The position numbers were made by a program, and so were the translations under genes. From assembly GCA_038087875.1 (NCBI GenBank), contig CM075988.1, positions 22,260,001 to 22,324,000 of the forward strand: a stretch of 64,000 bases of DNA, read 5' to 3'. Position 1 is the stretch's first letter. The number at the start of each line of letters is the position of its first letter. Below are positions 13,501 to 25,500 of this stretch, in pieces. The stretch is from Malacoraja senta. Lineage: Eukaryota. The notes below the pieces were generated by a model that ran no database searches, had not been told where the DNA came from, and saw nothing but the letters and a program-made list of their open reading frames with translations.

Positions 13501-16500
13501 ACGCTGAGCTGAAGGAGATCATCTGCTGTGCAAAGCCTGTAATAAAGCAGATTGCCATCGACAACATAGCCCCCCACTGGACAGATCTGCAGAAGGACAC
13601 AGCGCTGACAATACTACTTGCTCACTGTAAGTGCGGCTCTGCCACATAAAAAAAGTACAGGAAGGAACTGCAGAGGCTGGTTTAAACTGATGATAGACAC
13701 AAAATGCTGGAGTAACTCAGCGGGACAGACAGCATCTCTGGAGAGAAGGAATGCTGCCTGTCCCTCTGAGTTACTACCTTTAAAAAGTAATTGCCTTTAG
13801 AGATTCCATTGTTTACACCACAGTTCACTTTAATTCTGACTCACGGCAGACTAAGTTTACATTCGCGAAATAGAAATAGAACCGTTCAGTGCATGAAAGA
13901 ACTGCAGAGGCTGGTTTAAACCAAAGATAGACACAAAATGCTGGAGTAACTCGGCGGGACAGGCAGCATCTCTGGAGAGAAGGAAGGGGTGATGTTTCGA
14001 TCTCGACCCGAAACGTCACCCATTCCTTCTCTCCAGAGAAGCTGCCTGTCCCGCTGAGTTACTCCAGCATTTTGTGTCTATAGAACAGTGCAGCGCAGGA
14101 ACAGGCCCTTCGGCCCACCAGGTCTGTGTCTAATATGCTAATATGATACCAAGACCAATTCTTACCAGTAGAAACAAGGATCAAAGAGATGCTGGCTTAC
14201 AGAAAAAGGCACAAGGTGCTGGAGTAACTCAAGGGGTCAGACAGGGGTCTCTGGAGGACGTGGATAGGTGACGTTTCTTATCACCTCTTCCTGCCAGCAT
14301 ATAATCTTTATCTGCATATATATCTGACTCCACCACTACTCCTGGCAGCGCGTTCCATACACCCTCTCCCCTAGAAAGCTACAGTATTTCATATTCTCAT
14401 CCAGGGGAAAAAGGTTCTAGCCGTCTACCCTAAATATGCGTCTCATAATTTTATACACTTCTATCAGGTCTCCCTGCAGCCTACGGCGTTCCAGAGAAAG
14501 TGTGTCCAACCTTTCCTTGTATCTAATACTCTCTGATCCAGGCATCATTCTGTTAAACCTGAAGAAGGGTTTCGGCCCGAAACGTTGCCTATTTCCTTCG
14601 CTCCATAGATGCTGCTGCATTTTTCTCCAGCATTTTTGTGCACATTCTGTTAAACCTTCTCTGCACTCTTTCCAAAGCCTCCACAAACTTCCCGTATTGG
14701 GGCCACCAGAAATCATTTAGACTTTGGAGATACAGCGCCGAAACAGGCCCTTTGGCCCATCTAGTCCGCGCCGACCAGCAATCACTCTGTGCACTGGTAC
14801 TATCCTACATATCGGGGACAATTTTACAAATTACCAAAGCCAATTAACCTCCGAACCTGTACGTCTTTGGAGTGTGGGAGGAAACCGGAGCTCCCGGAGA
14901 AACCCACGCAGGTCACGGGGAGAACTGACAAACTCTGTTCAGACAGTGCCCTTGGTCAGAATTGAACCCGGGTCTCTGGCGCTGTAAGGCAGCAACTCTA
15001 CGGTCACAGTGGCGCAGCGGTAGAGTTGCTGCCTTACAGCGAATACAGCGCCGGAGACCAGGGTTCTCCCACACTCTAAAGACGTACAGGTTTGTAGGTT
15101 AATTGGCTTGGTAAATGTAAAAATTGTCCCTGGTGGGTGTAGGATGGTGTGAATGTGCAGGGATCGCTGGTCGGCGTGGACCCGGTGGGCCGAAGGGCCT
15201 ATTTCCGCGCTGTATCTCTAAACTAAACTACCACTGTGCCGCCCCCTTTGTTTTGGCTTTTGTTGTTGTGCATTATTTTGGTCATAGAATAGAATAGGTG
15301 AAGTCACCCATTCCTTTTCTCCAGAGATGCTGCCTGTCCCGCTGAGTGACTCTAGCATATTGTGTCTATCTTCGGTGTAAACCTGCATCTGCAGTTCCTT
15401 CATACACAATTTACCTGCCCCCCCTTTTTGGCCCCTGGGTACAAAGGCCAGGGTTCAGGTAACCTGTGTTGACTGTTTTTGGAATTAGTGCATGATTTGA
15501 TATTTCCGACGCAACTGTTTCTATATTTTTGCCACTGACCGTGTAATATGAACGGCAGGTCTGTAGTGAATGACCTTGCATTTGCACAGATGGAGTCCCA
15601 TTTGCCACAATTTTACCCGGCTGGAAGCTCTCTGGTCCATATGCTTGCAGTAATCTCGCCTTGATGACTGATCATTGCTTTCACCAACTGAACTGCAGGA
15701 GCTCACATTATTTAAGGCTAAGTGGGCACACAGTTTGCTGCTCAGTATTCGGAGAACATATCGTTCTTTTCCAAGTATACCCTCTTATTCAGAACCACGG
15801 GGCGTCACGTCGATAGATCTAATGCCGTGCTGGTTTCCTCTGTTTAGTTGCAGATTATATAAAGAAATTTGCGGACGAGGGGGATTCTCTGCTCAATGAT
15901 TTTGAACGAAATTGTGAATGCAACAACCAAGTAAGTGCGTCATCGCGCCCTTGTACGTCAGGGAACTGCCGCATCCTTAGATCCGACACAAAAAAGGTCA
16001 TAAGTGATAGGAGTAGAATTAGGCCATTCGGCCCATCAAGTCTACTCCACCATTCAATCATGGCTGATCTATCTCCCTCCTAACCCCATTCTCCTGCCAT
16101 CTCCCCATAACCTCTGACACTCGTATTAATCAAAAATCTATCCCTGCCTTAAAATTATAGACAATAGACAATAAGTGCAGGAGTAGGCCATTCGGCCCTT
16201 CGAGCCAGCACCGCCATTCAATGTGATCATGGCTGATCATCCCCAATCAGTACCCTGTTTCTGCCTTCTCCCCATATCCCCTGACTCCACTATTTTTAAG
16301 AGCCCTATCTAGCTCTCTCTTGAAAGCATCCAGAGAACCGGCCTCCACCGCCCTCTGTGGCAGAGAATTCCACAGACTCGCCACTCTCTGTGAGAAAAAG
16401 TGTTTCCTCGTCTCCGTTCTAAATGGCTTACTCCTTATTCTTAAACTGTGGTCCCTGGCTCTGGACTCCCCCAACATCGGGAACATGTTTCCTGCCTCTA

Positions 16501-19500
16501 GTGTGTCCAATATCTACTGACTTGGCCTCCACAGCCTTCTGTGGCAAAGAATTCCACCCTCTGACTAAAGAAATTTCTCCTCGTCTCCTTCTTAAAAGAA
16601 CGTCCTTTAATTCTAAGGCTATGACCTCTAGTCCTAAAGCGAGAATAACTGAGCGGGTCAGGCAGCATCCCTGGAGAAAAGATAATAGGTGACGGTTTGG
16701 GTCGCGAACCTTCTGAAGAAGTTCACTCCTGCACAGTGCTTCATCCTTGCCATGTACATGTCACATCGGTCACCAGAGAGCCGTTGTTACCCTGTTCTCC
16801 CCACTCGCCATATACAAGAGGGGTGGGGCGGTAGGAGAGGACCCAGGGTCAAGTCAAGTCGCTTTTATTTCTATAGCACATTTAAAAAACAACTCTCGTT
16901 GACCAAAGTGCTTTACATTGGTGGAGGTACTAACGTTATACAACAGTGGTTCATAGATTAAGTACATACATGAATACATACATATGGCCCTCCCTCGGAG
17001 GACGTCAAGAAAGGCTTGAGAGTAAAGATGAGTTTTAAGTCTCGACTTAAAAGAGTCGATGGAGGGGGCAGTTCTGATGGGAAGAGGGATGCTGTTCCAC
17101 AGTCTAGGAGCTGCAACCGCAAAGGCGCGGTCGCCCCTGAGCTTATGCCTAGACCGCGGGATGTTCAGTAACCCCAAGTCGGCCGATCTGAGGGACCTGG
17201 AGGTGGTGTGGTGGGGAAGCAGACTTTTGATGTAGGTGGGGGCAAGCCCGTTAAGGGCTTTGTAAACATAAAGGAGGATCTTGAAATGTATACGGAACCG
17301 CACAGGGAGCCAGTGGAGAGAGGCCAGGATCGGGGTGGTGTGGTCCCTTTTTCGGGTGCCTGAAAACAGGGACCACGGTATTGTGGCCAGCGTCTGCAAG
17401 GTCAGCTGCAGGAGGAGTTTCCCCCGGGACACGGGTTGCGCGGGCGAGCGAGGAGAGGGACGTGGGTTGACGAGCCGGTCGAGGGCGACGGAGGAGATCC
17501 CTGCAGCAGCCTAAGGCTCGCCTGGATCTGGAGCCGCCCCCAACACATTGAGCATGTGGACCTTGGACTTTGTGTAAATGTGTAATCAATGCAAAAAGAA
17601 TTTCACCGTGCAGTGCATATGTGACGATAACGAACTATTGAACGTAGAACGTGGAACAGTACAGCACAGGAACGGGCCCTTCAGCCCACAATGTTTGTTC
17701 CAAACATGATGCCAAGTTAAACTGATCTCATCTGCCTGTACATGATCCATATTGCTTTATTCCCTGCACTTCCATGTGCCTATCTAAAAGCCTCTTGGAC
17801 GCCACTATCGTATCTGCCTCCACCACCACCCATGGCAATGCGTTCCAGTCCCCCGCTATTCTCTGTGTATTAAAGTCTTGCACCACACATCTCCATTAAA
17901 CTTTCCCCTCTCACCGTATAGCTACGCCCTCCAGTGTCCTGGCGAGAAAGGTTTGGACTGTCCACCCTCTCCTTGCCTCTCATCATTATATATACTTGGG
18001 TTTGAGTAGTTTATTGTCACGTGCACAGAAATGCAGTGAAAAGCTTTTGCCACACGCTAAGGCAGGAACGGGGTACTGATTGTGGATGCTCAGCCATGAT
18101 CAATAGACAATAGGGGCAGGAGTAGGCCATTCGGCCCTTCGAGCCAGCACCGCCATTCAATGTGATCATGGCTGATCATCCCCAATCAGTACCCCGTTCC
18201 TGCCTTCTCCCCATATCCCCTGACTCCGCTATTTTTAAGAGCCCTATCTAGCTCCCTCTTGAAAGCATCCAGAGAACCTGCCTCCACCGCCCTCTGAGGC
18301 GGAGAATTCCACAGACTCACCACTCTCTGTGAGAAAAAGTGTTTCCTCGTCTCCGTTCGAAATGGCTTACTCCTTATTTTTAAACTGTGGCCCCTGGTTC
18401 TGGACTCCCGCAACATCGGGAACATGTTTCCTGCCTCTAGCGTGTCCAAGCCCTTAACAATCTTATATGTTTCAATGAGATATCCTCTCATCCTTCTAAA
18501 CTCCAGAGTGTACAAGCCCAGCTGCTCCATTCTCTCAACATATGACAGTCCCGCCATCCCGGGAATTAACCTTGTCACATTGAATGGCGGTGCTGGCTTG
18601 AAGGGCCGAATGGCCTACTCCTGCACCTATTGTCTATTGTCTAACCAGTCAGCGGAAAGACTACACATGATTGCAATCGAGCCATCCACAGTGTACAGAC
18701 ACATTATAATGGAACTAACATGAATAATGTTTAGAGCAAGATAAAGTCTGCTTAAAGGTAGTCCGAGGGTCTCCAATGAAGTGGAGAGTAGTTCAGCACT
18801 GCTCTCCAGTTGTTTTGTAGGATGGTTCAGTTGCCTGATAACAGCTGGGAAGAAACTGTTCCTGAATCTGGAGGTAGACAAAAATGCTAGAGAAACTCAG
18901 CGGGTGCGGCAGCATATATGGAGCGAAGGAATAGGTGACCCTTCAAGGGTCTCGACCCGAAACGTCACCTATTTCCTTCGCTCCATAGATGCTGCCTCAC
19001 CCGCTGAGTTTCTCCAGCATTTTTGTCTACCTTCGATTTTTCCAGCATCTGCAGTTCTTTCTTAAACACCTGAATCTAGAGGTGTGCGTTTTCACACTTT
19101 TATACCTTTTGCCTGAAGGGAGAGGAGTGGAGAGGGGGTGGCCCGGGGATGAAGTCACGTCCTTGGAAAGGCCAGTGTATTGTAGGCTAGGAAACCTGGA
19201 TTGGAGGTATTAAAGGGCCTGTCACACTGTACGAGTTCATTCAAGAGCTCTCCCGAGTTTAAAAAAAAATCAAACTCGTGGTAAGCACGTAGAATGTATG
19301 TTGCGGGTACGTCGGAGCTCGGGACGTCTCTTAGCGGCTCATAATACTAACGGCAGGTACTCGGGAAAAGCGGTAAGCTCGTGAAGACTCGTGAAGATTT
19401 TTCAACACGTTGAAAAATGTCCACGAGAGCCCCGAGTACCTACGAGCGGCCATTACCGTAAATCTCCGAGCGAATCAGGGCAAACTCGGGAGAACTCTTG

Positions 19501-22500
19501 GAATGAACTAGTACAGTGGGACAGGGCTATTAACTTAACGGGGATCTTGTCTGCTTTGTCATTAGAAGATTGAGCATCTCCAGTGGAAAGGCGAGGACTC
19601 GGTGAACATCAGTGAGTTTGCAGCGGCTGTCCTCGCCTACAGCAAGGCAGTGGAGACCAGGTACCTGCACCGCCGCTGTTAGCAATGAACGGCTTTGTTT
19701 TGCGACCAACCCGGTAAATTCATACAGCGGACCTCGCCTAGACTACGCGCAAGAGTCGCCACGTTTCTGGCGCCGACAAAGTTACCAAATGTTCATTGAA
19801 CGTTTTTATCTTCTGCTCGCTGCCGCGCACCAGGCACGTGGCGGCAGGCGGTCAGTCCCCCGCTGGGTCATCCCCCCCCCCGCCCCCCCTCTCGTCTCCG
19901 TGTTACTGGAGACTCAACTTTCTCCGCCCAGCCTCGGGTTCTGGTGGACAATGGATGTTGCCTGGAGATGTTGTCAAGCTGGAAAGGGCACCGGGAAGAT
20001 TTGCGAGGATGTTGCCGGGACCAGAGGGTTTGAGCTATCGGGAGAGGTTGAGCAGGCTGGGACTCTTTTCCTACGAGTGCAGGAGGATAAGGGGCGATCT
20101 TGTTGAGGTGTATAAAATCATGAGAGGAATAGATCGGGCAGAGTCTCTTGTCCAGGCTGGGTGAATCAAAGACCAGAGGACATCGGATTAAGGTGAAGGG
20201 GAAAGATTTAATAGGAATCTGAGGGGTAACGAAGGATGATGGGTGTATGGAACAAGCTGCCAGAGGAGGTAGTTGAGGCTGGGACTATCCCAACGTTTAA
20301 GAAACAGTTGGACAGGTGCATGGATAGGACAGGTTTGTGGCTAAAGGGATCAGGGGGTATGGAGAGAAGGCAGGTCCAGGATACTGAGTTGGATGATCAG
20401 CCATGATCATGTCGAATGGCGGTGCAGGCTCGAAGGGCCGAAAGGCCTACTCCTGCACCTATGTTTCTATGTTTGGAGGGGATATGGGTCAAACGCGGGC
20501 AGGTGGGACTAGTGTAGCTGGGACATTGTTGGCCGGCAGAAGGGCCTGTTTCCACGCTGTATGACTATGTACCAGCAGTAACTGGAGTGCCTCATTTCCC
20601 TCTCTCTCCTCTTGCAGCCCGTATAACCATCACTTGTATTGTCGACGGGCCTATTGCTACCTGCAGCTGAATGATCACCGGTGAGTCATGGTGTGCAACA
20701 CTCTCCTTGTAGTGTGTGGGCGATCTTAATGCTTCCATTTATTAGGACATACTTTGTCAAGGTTATCCCTGTATTGATGGTGTAGACTGATGCAAATGGA
20801 CAAACCACTGAGCATCATTGCCAGCTGTTGGAGTCATGAACTGCCCAGACTCCAATCCAATTTACATCCAATCTCAGAGTCATCTGTTCATACGTTCTAG
20901 GAACAGAATTAGGCCATTCGGCCCATCAAGTCTACTCCGCCATTCAATCATGGCTGATCTATCTTTCCCTCCGAACCCCATTCTCCTGCCTTCTCCCCAT
21001 AACCCCTGACACCCGTACTAATCAGGAATGTGGGTGGGAAGGGACTGCAGGTGCTGGTTTACACCGAAGATAGACACAAAATGCTGGAGCAACTCAGCGG
21101 GACAGGCAGCATCTCTGGATAGAATGAATGGGGACATTTCGAGTCTGAAGAAGGGTCTCGACCTGAAATGCTGAGTTTCTCCAGCATTTTGTGTCTCATT
21201 AATAATCTGTCAATCTGCGCCTTAACCTCCAGAGCCATCTATGGCACTGAATTGCACAGATTCACCACCCTCTGACTAAAGACATTCCTCCTCATCTCCT
21301 TTCTAAAGGTACCTCCTTTTATTCTGAGGCTGTGGCCTCTGGTCCTAGACTCTCCCACTAGTGGAAACATCCTCTCCACGTCCACTCTATTCAGGCTTTG
21401 CACTATTCGGCAAGTTTCAATGAGGTCCCCCCTCATCCTTCTAAACTCCAGCGAGTACAGGCCCAATGCCGTCAAACGCTCATCGTACGTTAACCCATTC
21501 ATTCCCGGGATCATTCTCGTAGCGAAGAAATGCTGTGCTGTTAGAGACGTCTTTGTCATATTTTATGTTAAACTGAGGCTTCATCTGTCTTTCTAGAAGG
21601 TTCCATCACTGTCAGACAAAGATCAGGGAGCTCCCTCCTTGAGTGGCTGAGTGGGCAGGGAGGGGCATGCTGGGAACTTTGGGGTACAGGAACATTTAAG
21701 TGAATGGGTGAAGACATGGAAGATGAAAGTGATCACAGTCTTAAAATAGAGACACAAAATGGTGGAGCAACTCAGCGGGACAGGCAGCATCTCTGGAGAG
21801 AAGGAATGGGTGACGTTTCGGGTCGAGACCCTTCTTCAGACTGGTTAGGGCTAAGGGAAACGAGAGATATGGACGATGATGTCGAGAGATAAAGAACAAT
21901 GAATGAAAGATGTGCAAAAAAGTAATGATGATAAAGGAAACAGGCCGTTGTTAGCTGTTAGGGTAAAATCTTCTGGAATTTTTTGAGGATGTAACAAGTA
22001 AAATGGACAAGGGAGAGCCAGTAGATGTAGTGTACCTGGACTTTCAGTAAGCCTTTGAGAAGGTCCCACACAGGAGATTAGTGGGCAAAATTAGAGCACA
22101 TGGTATTGGGGGTAGAGTGCTGACATGGATAGAAAATTGGTTGGCAGACAGGAAACGAAGAGTAGGGATTAACGGGTCCCTTCAGCATGGCAGGCAGTGA
22201 CTAGTGGGGTACCGCAAGGCTCGGTGCTGGGACCGCAGCTATTTACAATATACATTAATGATTTAGATGAAGGAATTAAAAGTGACATTAGCAAATTTGC
22301 TGATGACACAAAGCTGGGTGGCAGTGTGAACTGTGAGGAGGATGCTATGAGGATGCAGGGTGACTTGGACAGGTTGGGTGAGTGTGCAGATGCATGGCAG
22401 ATGCAGTATAATGTGGATAAATGTGAGGTTATCCACTTTGGTGGCAAGAACGGGAAGGCAGATTATAATCTGAATGGTGTCAGGTTAGGAAAAGGGGAAG

Positions 22501-25500
22501 TACAACGAGGCCTGGGTGTGCTTGTACATCAGTCACTGAAAGTAAGCATGCAGGTACAGCAGGCAGTGAAGAAAGCGAATTACACATTGGCCTTCATAAC
22601 AAGAGGAGTTGAGTATAGCAGCAAAGAGGTCTTTTTGCAGTTTTACAGGGCCCTGGTGAGACCACACCTGGAGTATTGTGTGCAGTTTTGGTCTCCTAAT
22701 TTGGGGAAGGGCATTCTTGCTATTGAGGGAGTGCAGCGTAGGTTCACCAGGTTCATTACCGGGATGGCTGCATCCTTGGTTCCAGAGCCTTGGCGTAATA
22801 TCTGTTTTGCCAGACCGACAGAGGTCACGGCCTTGGGGAGCGGCTGAGATACCGGCCCGCAAAGTCGGCCTCGGAAGTCGGCTATGGGAACGGATCTGCC
22901 GGCTCCAGCCAGGCCGGAGTTCCAGAGCTTCGGCCTCGGGGGGGCAAATTCGACCCGCCGATCGGCCGCGGAAGTCCCGATGAGGTGGAGATTTGCCCCC
23001 TCCCCCGGCCTAGGGGCCACATTTTCCGGGGGACTTCAAGGGGAAGATTTCAAGTGCGCTCTCGTAATTTTATCCGGATTAAAGGAGGTGCCAGGCCGCA
23101 AGTTGCCGGAAAGTCGGTGTTGGTTCCGTAGAGCTGTGATTTCCAGAACCTTCCGCCTTGTTGTAAATGTCACGCCCTGCAACAACGAACGGTACTGCCA
23201 AAGTGCAGCTCTTATCTTCATCAGCAGAAGATAAAGGACATGTACAAATATCTGGCCCTGTAGAGAGTGAGGCTGGGAGCGCTTCAGATCTTCCACTCGG
23301 GACTTTACAGTTTTCCTTTCAGGAATGAAACGTCTCTTCCACCTCCATGACCTTCTTTTCCTCTTCTGCCAGGTTGGCCATCCTCGACAGCATTCGAGCT
23401 GCCGTGCTAAAGCCTGATTACTTTAAGGTCAGTGACTTCTTTATAGTTGATTATTTTTGCTTGGAGTCATAGAGTGACACGGCATGGAAACGAGCCATTC
23501 GGCCCAACTTGCCCACACCGACCGACATGTCCCATCTACACTAGTCCCACCTGCCTGCATTTGGCCCATAGCCCTCCAAACCTATCCTATACATATGCCT
23601 GTCTAGTTCTTTCTTAAACTTTGCGATAATACCTGCCTCAACTACATCTAGTTCCATACACCTACCACCCTTTGTGTAAATAAAGTGATTACCCCTCAGT
23701 TTCCTATTTAATCTTTTCCCCATCACCTTAAACCTATAACCTCTGGTTCTCGATCCCCTGCTCTGGGCAAGAGACTCTGTGCGTTTGCCCAATCTATTCC
23801 TCTCAGGGTTTTATACACTTCTATAAGATCACCCCTCATCCTCCTGCGCTGCAAGGAATAGAATCCTAGCCTGCTCAACCTCTCCCTACAGCTCAGACCC
23901 TCGAGTCCTGGTTACATAAATCTTCTCTGTACCCTATCCAACTTGACAACATTGTTCCCAAGCCGAGCTGTGATGTAACTTGACAGTGCGCTTCCTAGGT
24001 TGCATCTGTTGACGTTTGTAACAGCCACTGGAGACATGCTGAATTGCTTCAGCCACTTCAGGAAGTAGAGGCGTTGGTGTATCTTCTTGGTTGCTGCGTC
24101 AGTGTGGTTGGTCCAGGGCACATCGCTGCCAAGGAACCTGAAGCTCACAACCATTTCCACTCTGGCACCATTGATGCTGATTGGGGCTTGTCCTCCACCA
24201 TGCTTGTCCTCCACCATGCTTCCTGAAGTCAACCACCATCTCTCTCCTTAATAGAAAATGTCAGGTGTTCCCAATGTACCAGCAGTAGTCCATCTAATTA
24301 AAACACTGTCCTGTTGCGAAGTGTAAAACTGCCATTTGGATTTCCTGCCCCCCACCCCCCCGTGCCCTTCCCCCTCCCTTGGCGGCACAGAGGTGCAGCA
24401 GCGCCAGAGACCCGGGTTCCATCCTGACTACATGTGCTTGCCTGTACTGAGTTTGTACGTTCTCCCCGTGACCTGCGTGGCTTTTCTCCGGGATCTCCGG
24501 TTTCCTCCCACACTCCAACGACGTGCAGGTTTGTAGGTTAATTGGCTTGGTATAAATGTAATTTGTCCGTGGTGTGTGTGTGCGGGGATGGCTGGTCATC
24601 GCAGACTCGGTGGGCCAAAGGGCCTGTTTATGCCCTGTCTCTCTGAACTAAACTAAATTAAACCTTCTCAGCTTGATGGCTTCTTTTTTACTCTCTCCAG
24701 GGCCATTACTTCTGTGCTAAAGGGCTCTTGTCCGCAGGTTACCCCAACTATGCCTTGATAGTGAACAGGAGAGGCATTGACCTGTGTCTAGCGGGCGGAA
24801 GTGATATCACCGTGTTGCAGGAACAGCGAATTGAGATTCAAGAGGAAATGAAGAAAAAAGGTAATTAAATTTTCTCCGCAGATAGACACTAAAAGCTGGA
24901 GTAACTCAGCGGGTCAGGCAGCATCTCTGGAGAGAAGGAATAGGTTTGACTTGAGAACAAATGCCTGAACCCTTCTCTGAAGAAGGGTCTCAACCCTATT
25001 CCTTCTCTCCAGAGATGCTGCCTGACCCGCTGAGTTACTCCAGCTTTTTGTGCCTATCTTTGTTTTAAACCCGTATCTGCAGTTCCTTCCTGCACATTAC
25101 ATTCTCTCTGTTTGCCCGAGAGTCTTCTCTATCAGTTCCGTGCGATTGCCAGGGAGTGTGTCGGGGTGGGTAGATACCAAGCATCTGTTCCTTGGTCTTT
25201 GCATTGCTCTCTCTTGGGGGAGGAGTGAATACTGTTGGTGCATTTGCAGTTGTACAGGGCCCTAGTGAGACCACACCTGGAGTATTGTGTGCAGTTTTGG
25301 TCCCCTAATTTGAGGAAGGACATTTTTGCTATTGAGGGAGTGCAGCGTAGGTTTACAAGGTTAATTCCCGGGATGGCGGGGCTGTCATATGCTGAGAGAA
25401 TGGAGCAGCTGGGCTTGTACACTCTGGAGTTTAGATGGATGAGAGCGAATCTCATTGAAACGTATAAGATTGTTAAGGGCTTGGACACACTAGAGGCAGG

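Noticed and set aside
15521..15706. Apparently unique minus-strand ORF
   Set aside because: [14 protein letters not shown] is a decayed ancient CR1 RT motif.
22770..23130. CpG-rich stretch resembling a promoter or CpG island
   Set aside because: Abuts a broken CR1 and looks like an interspersed repeat fragment; no exon or TSS evidence.
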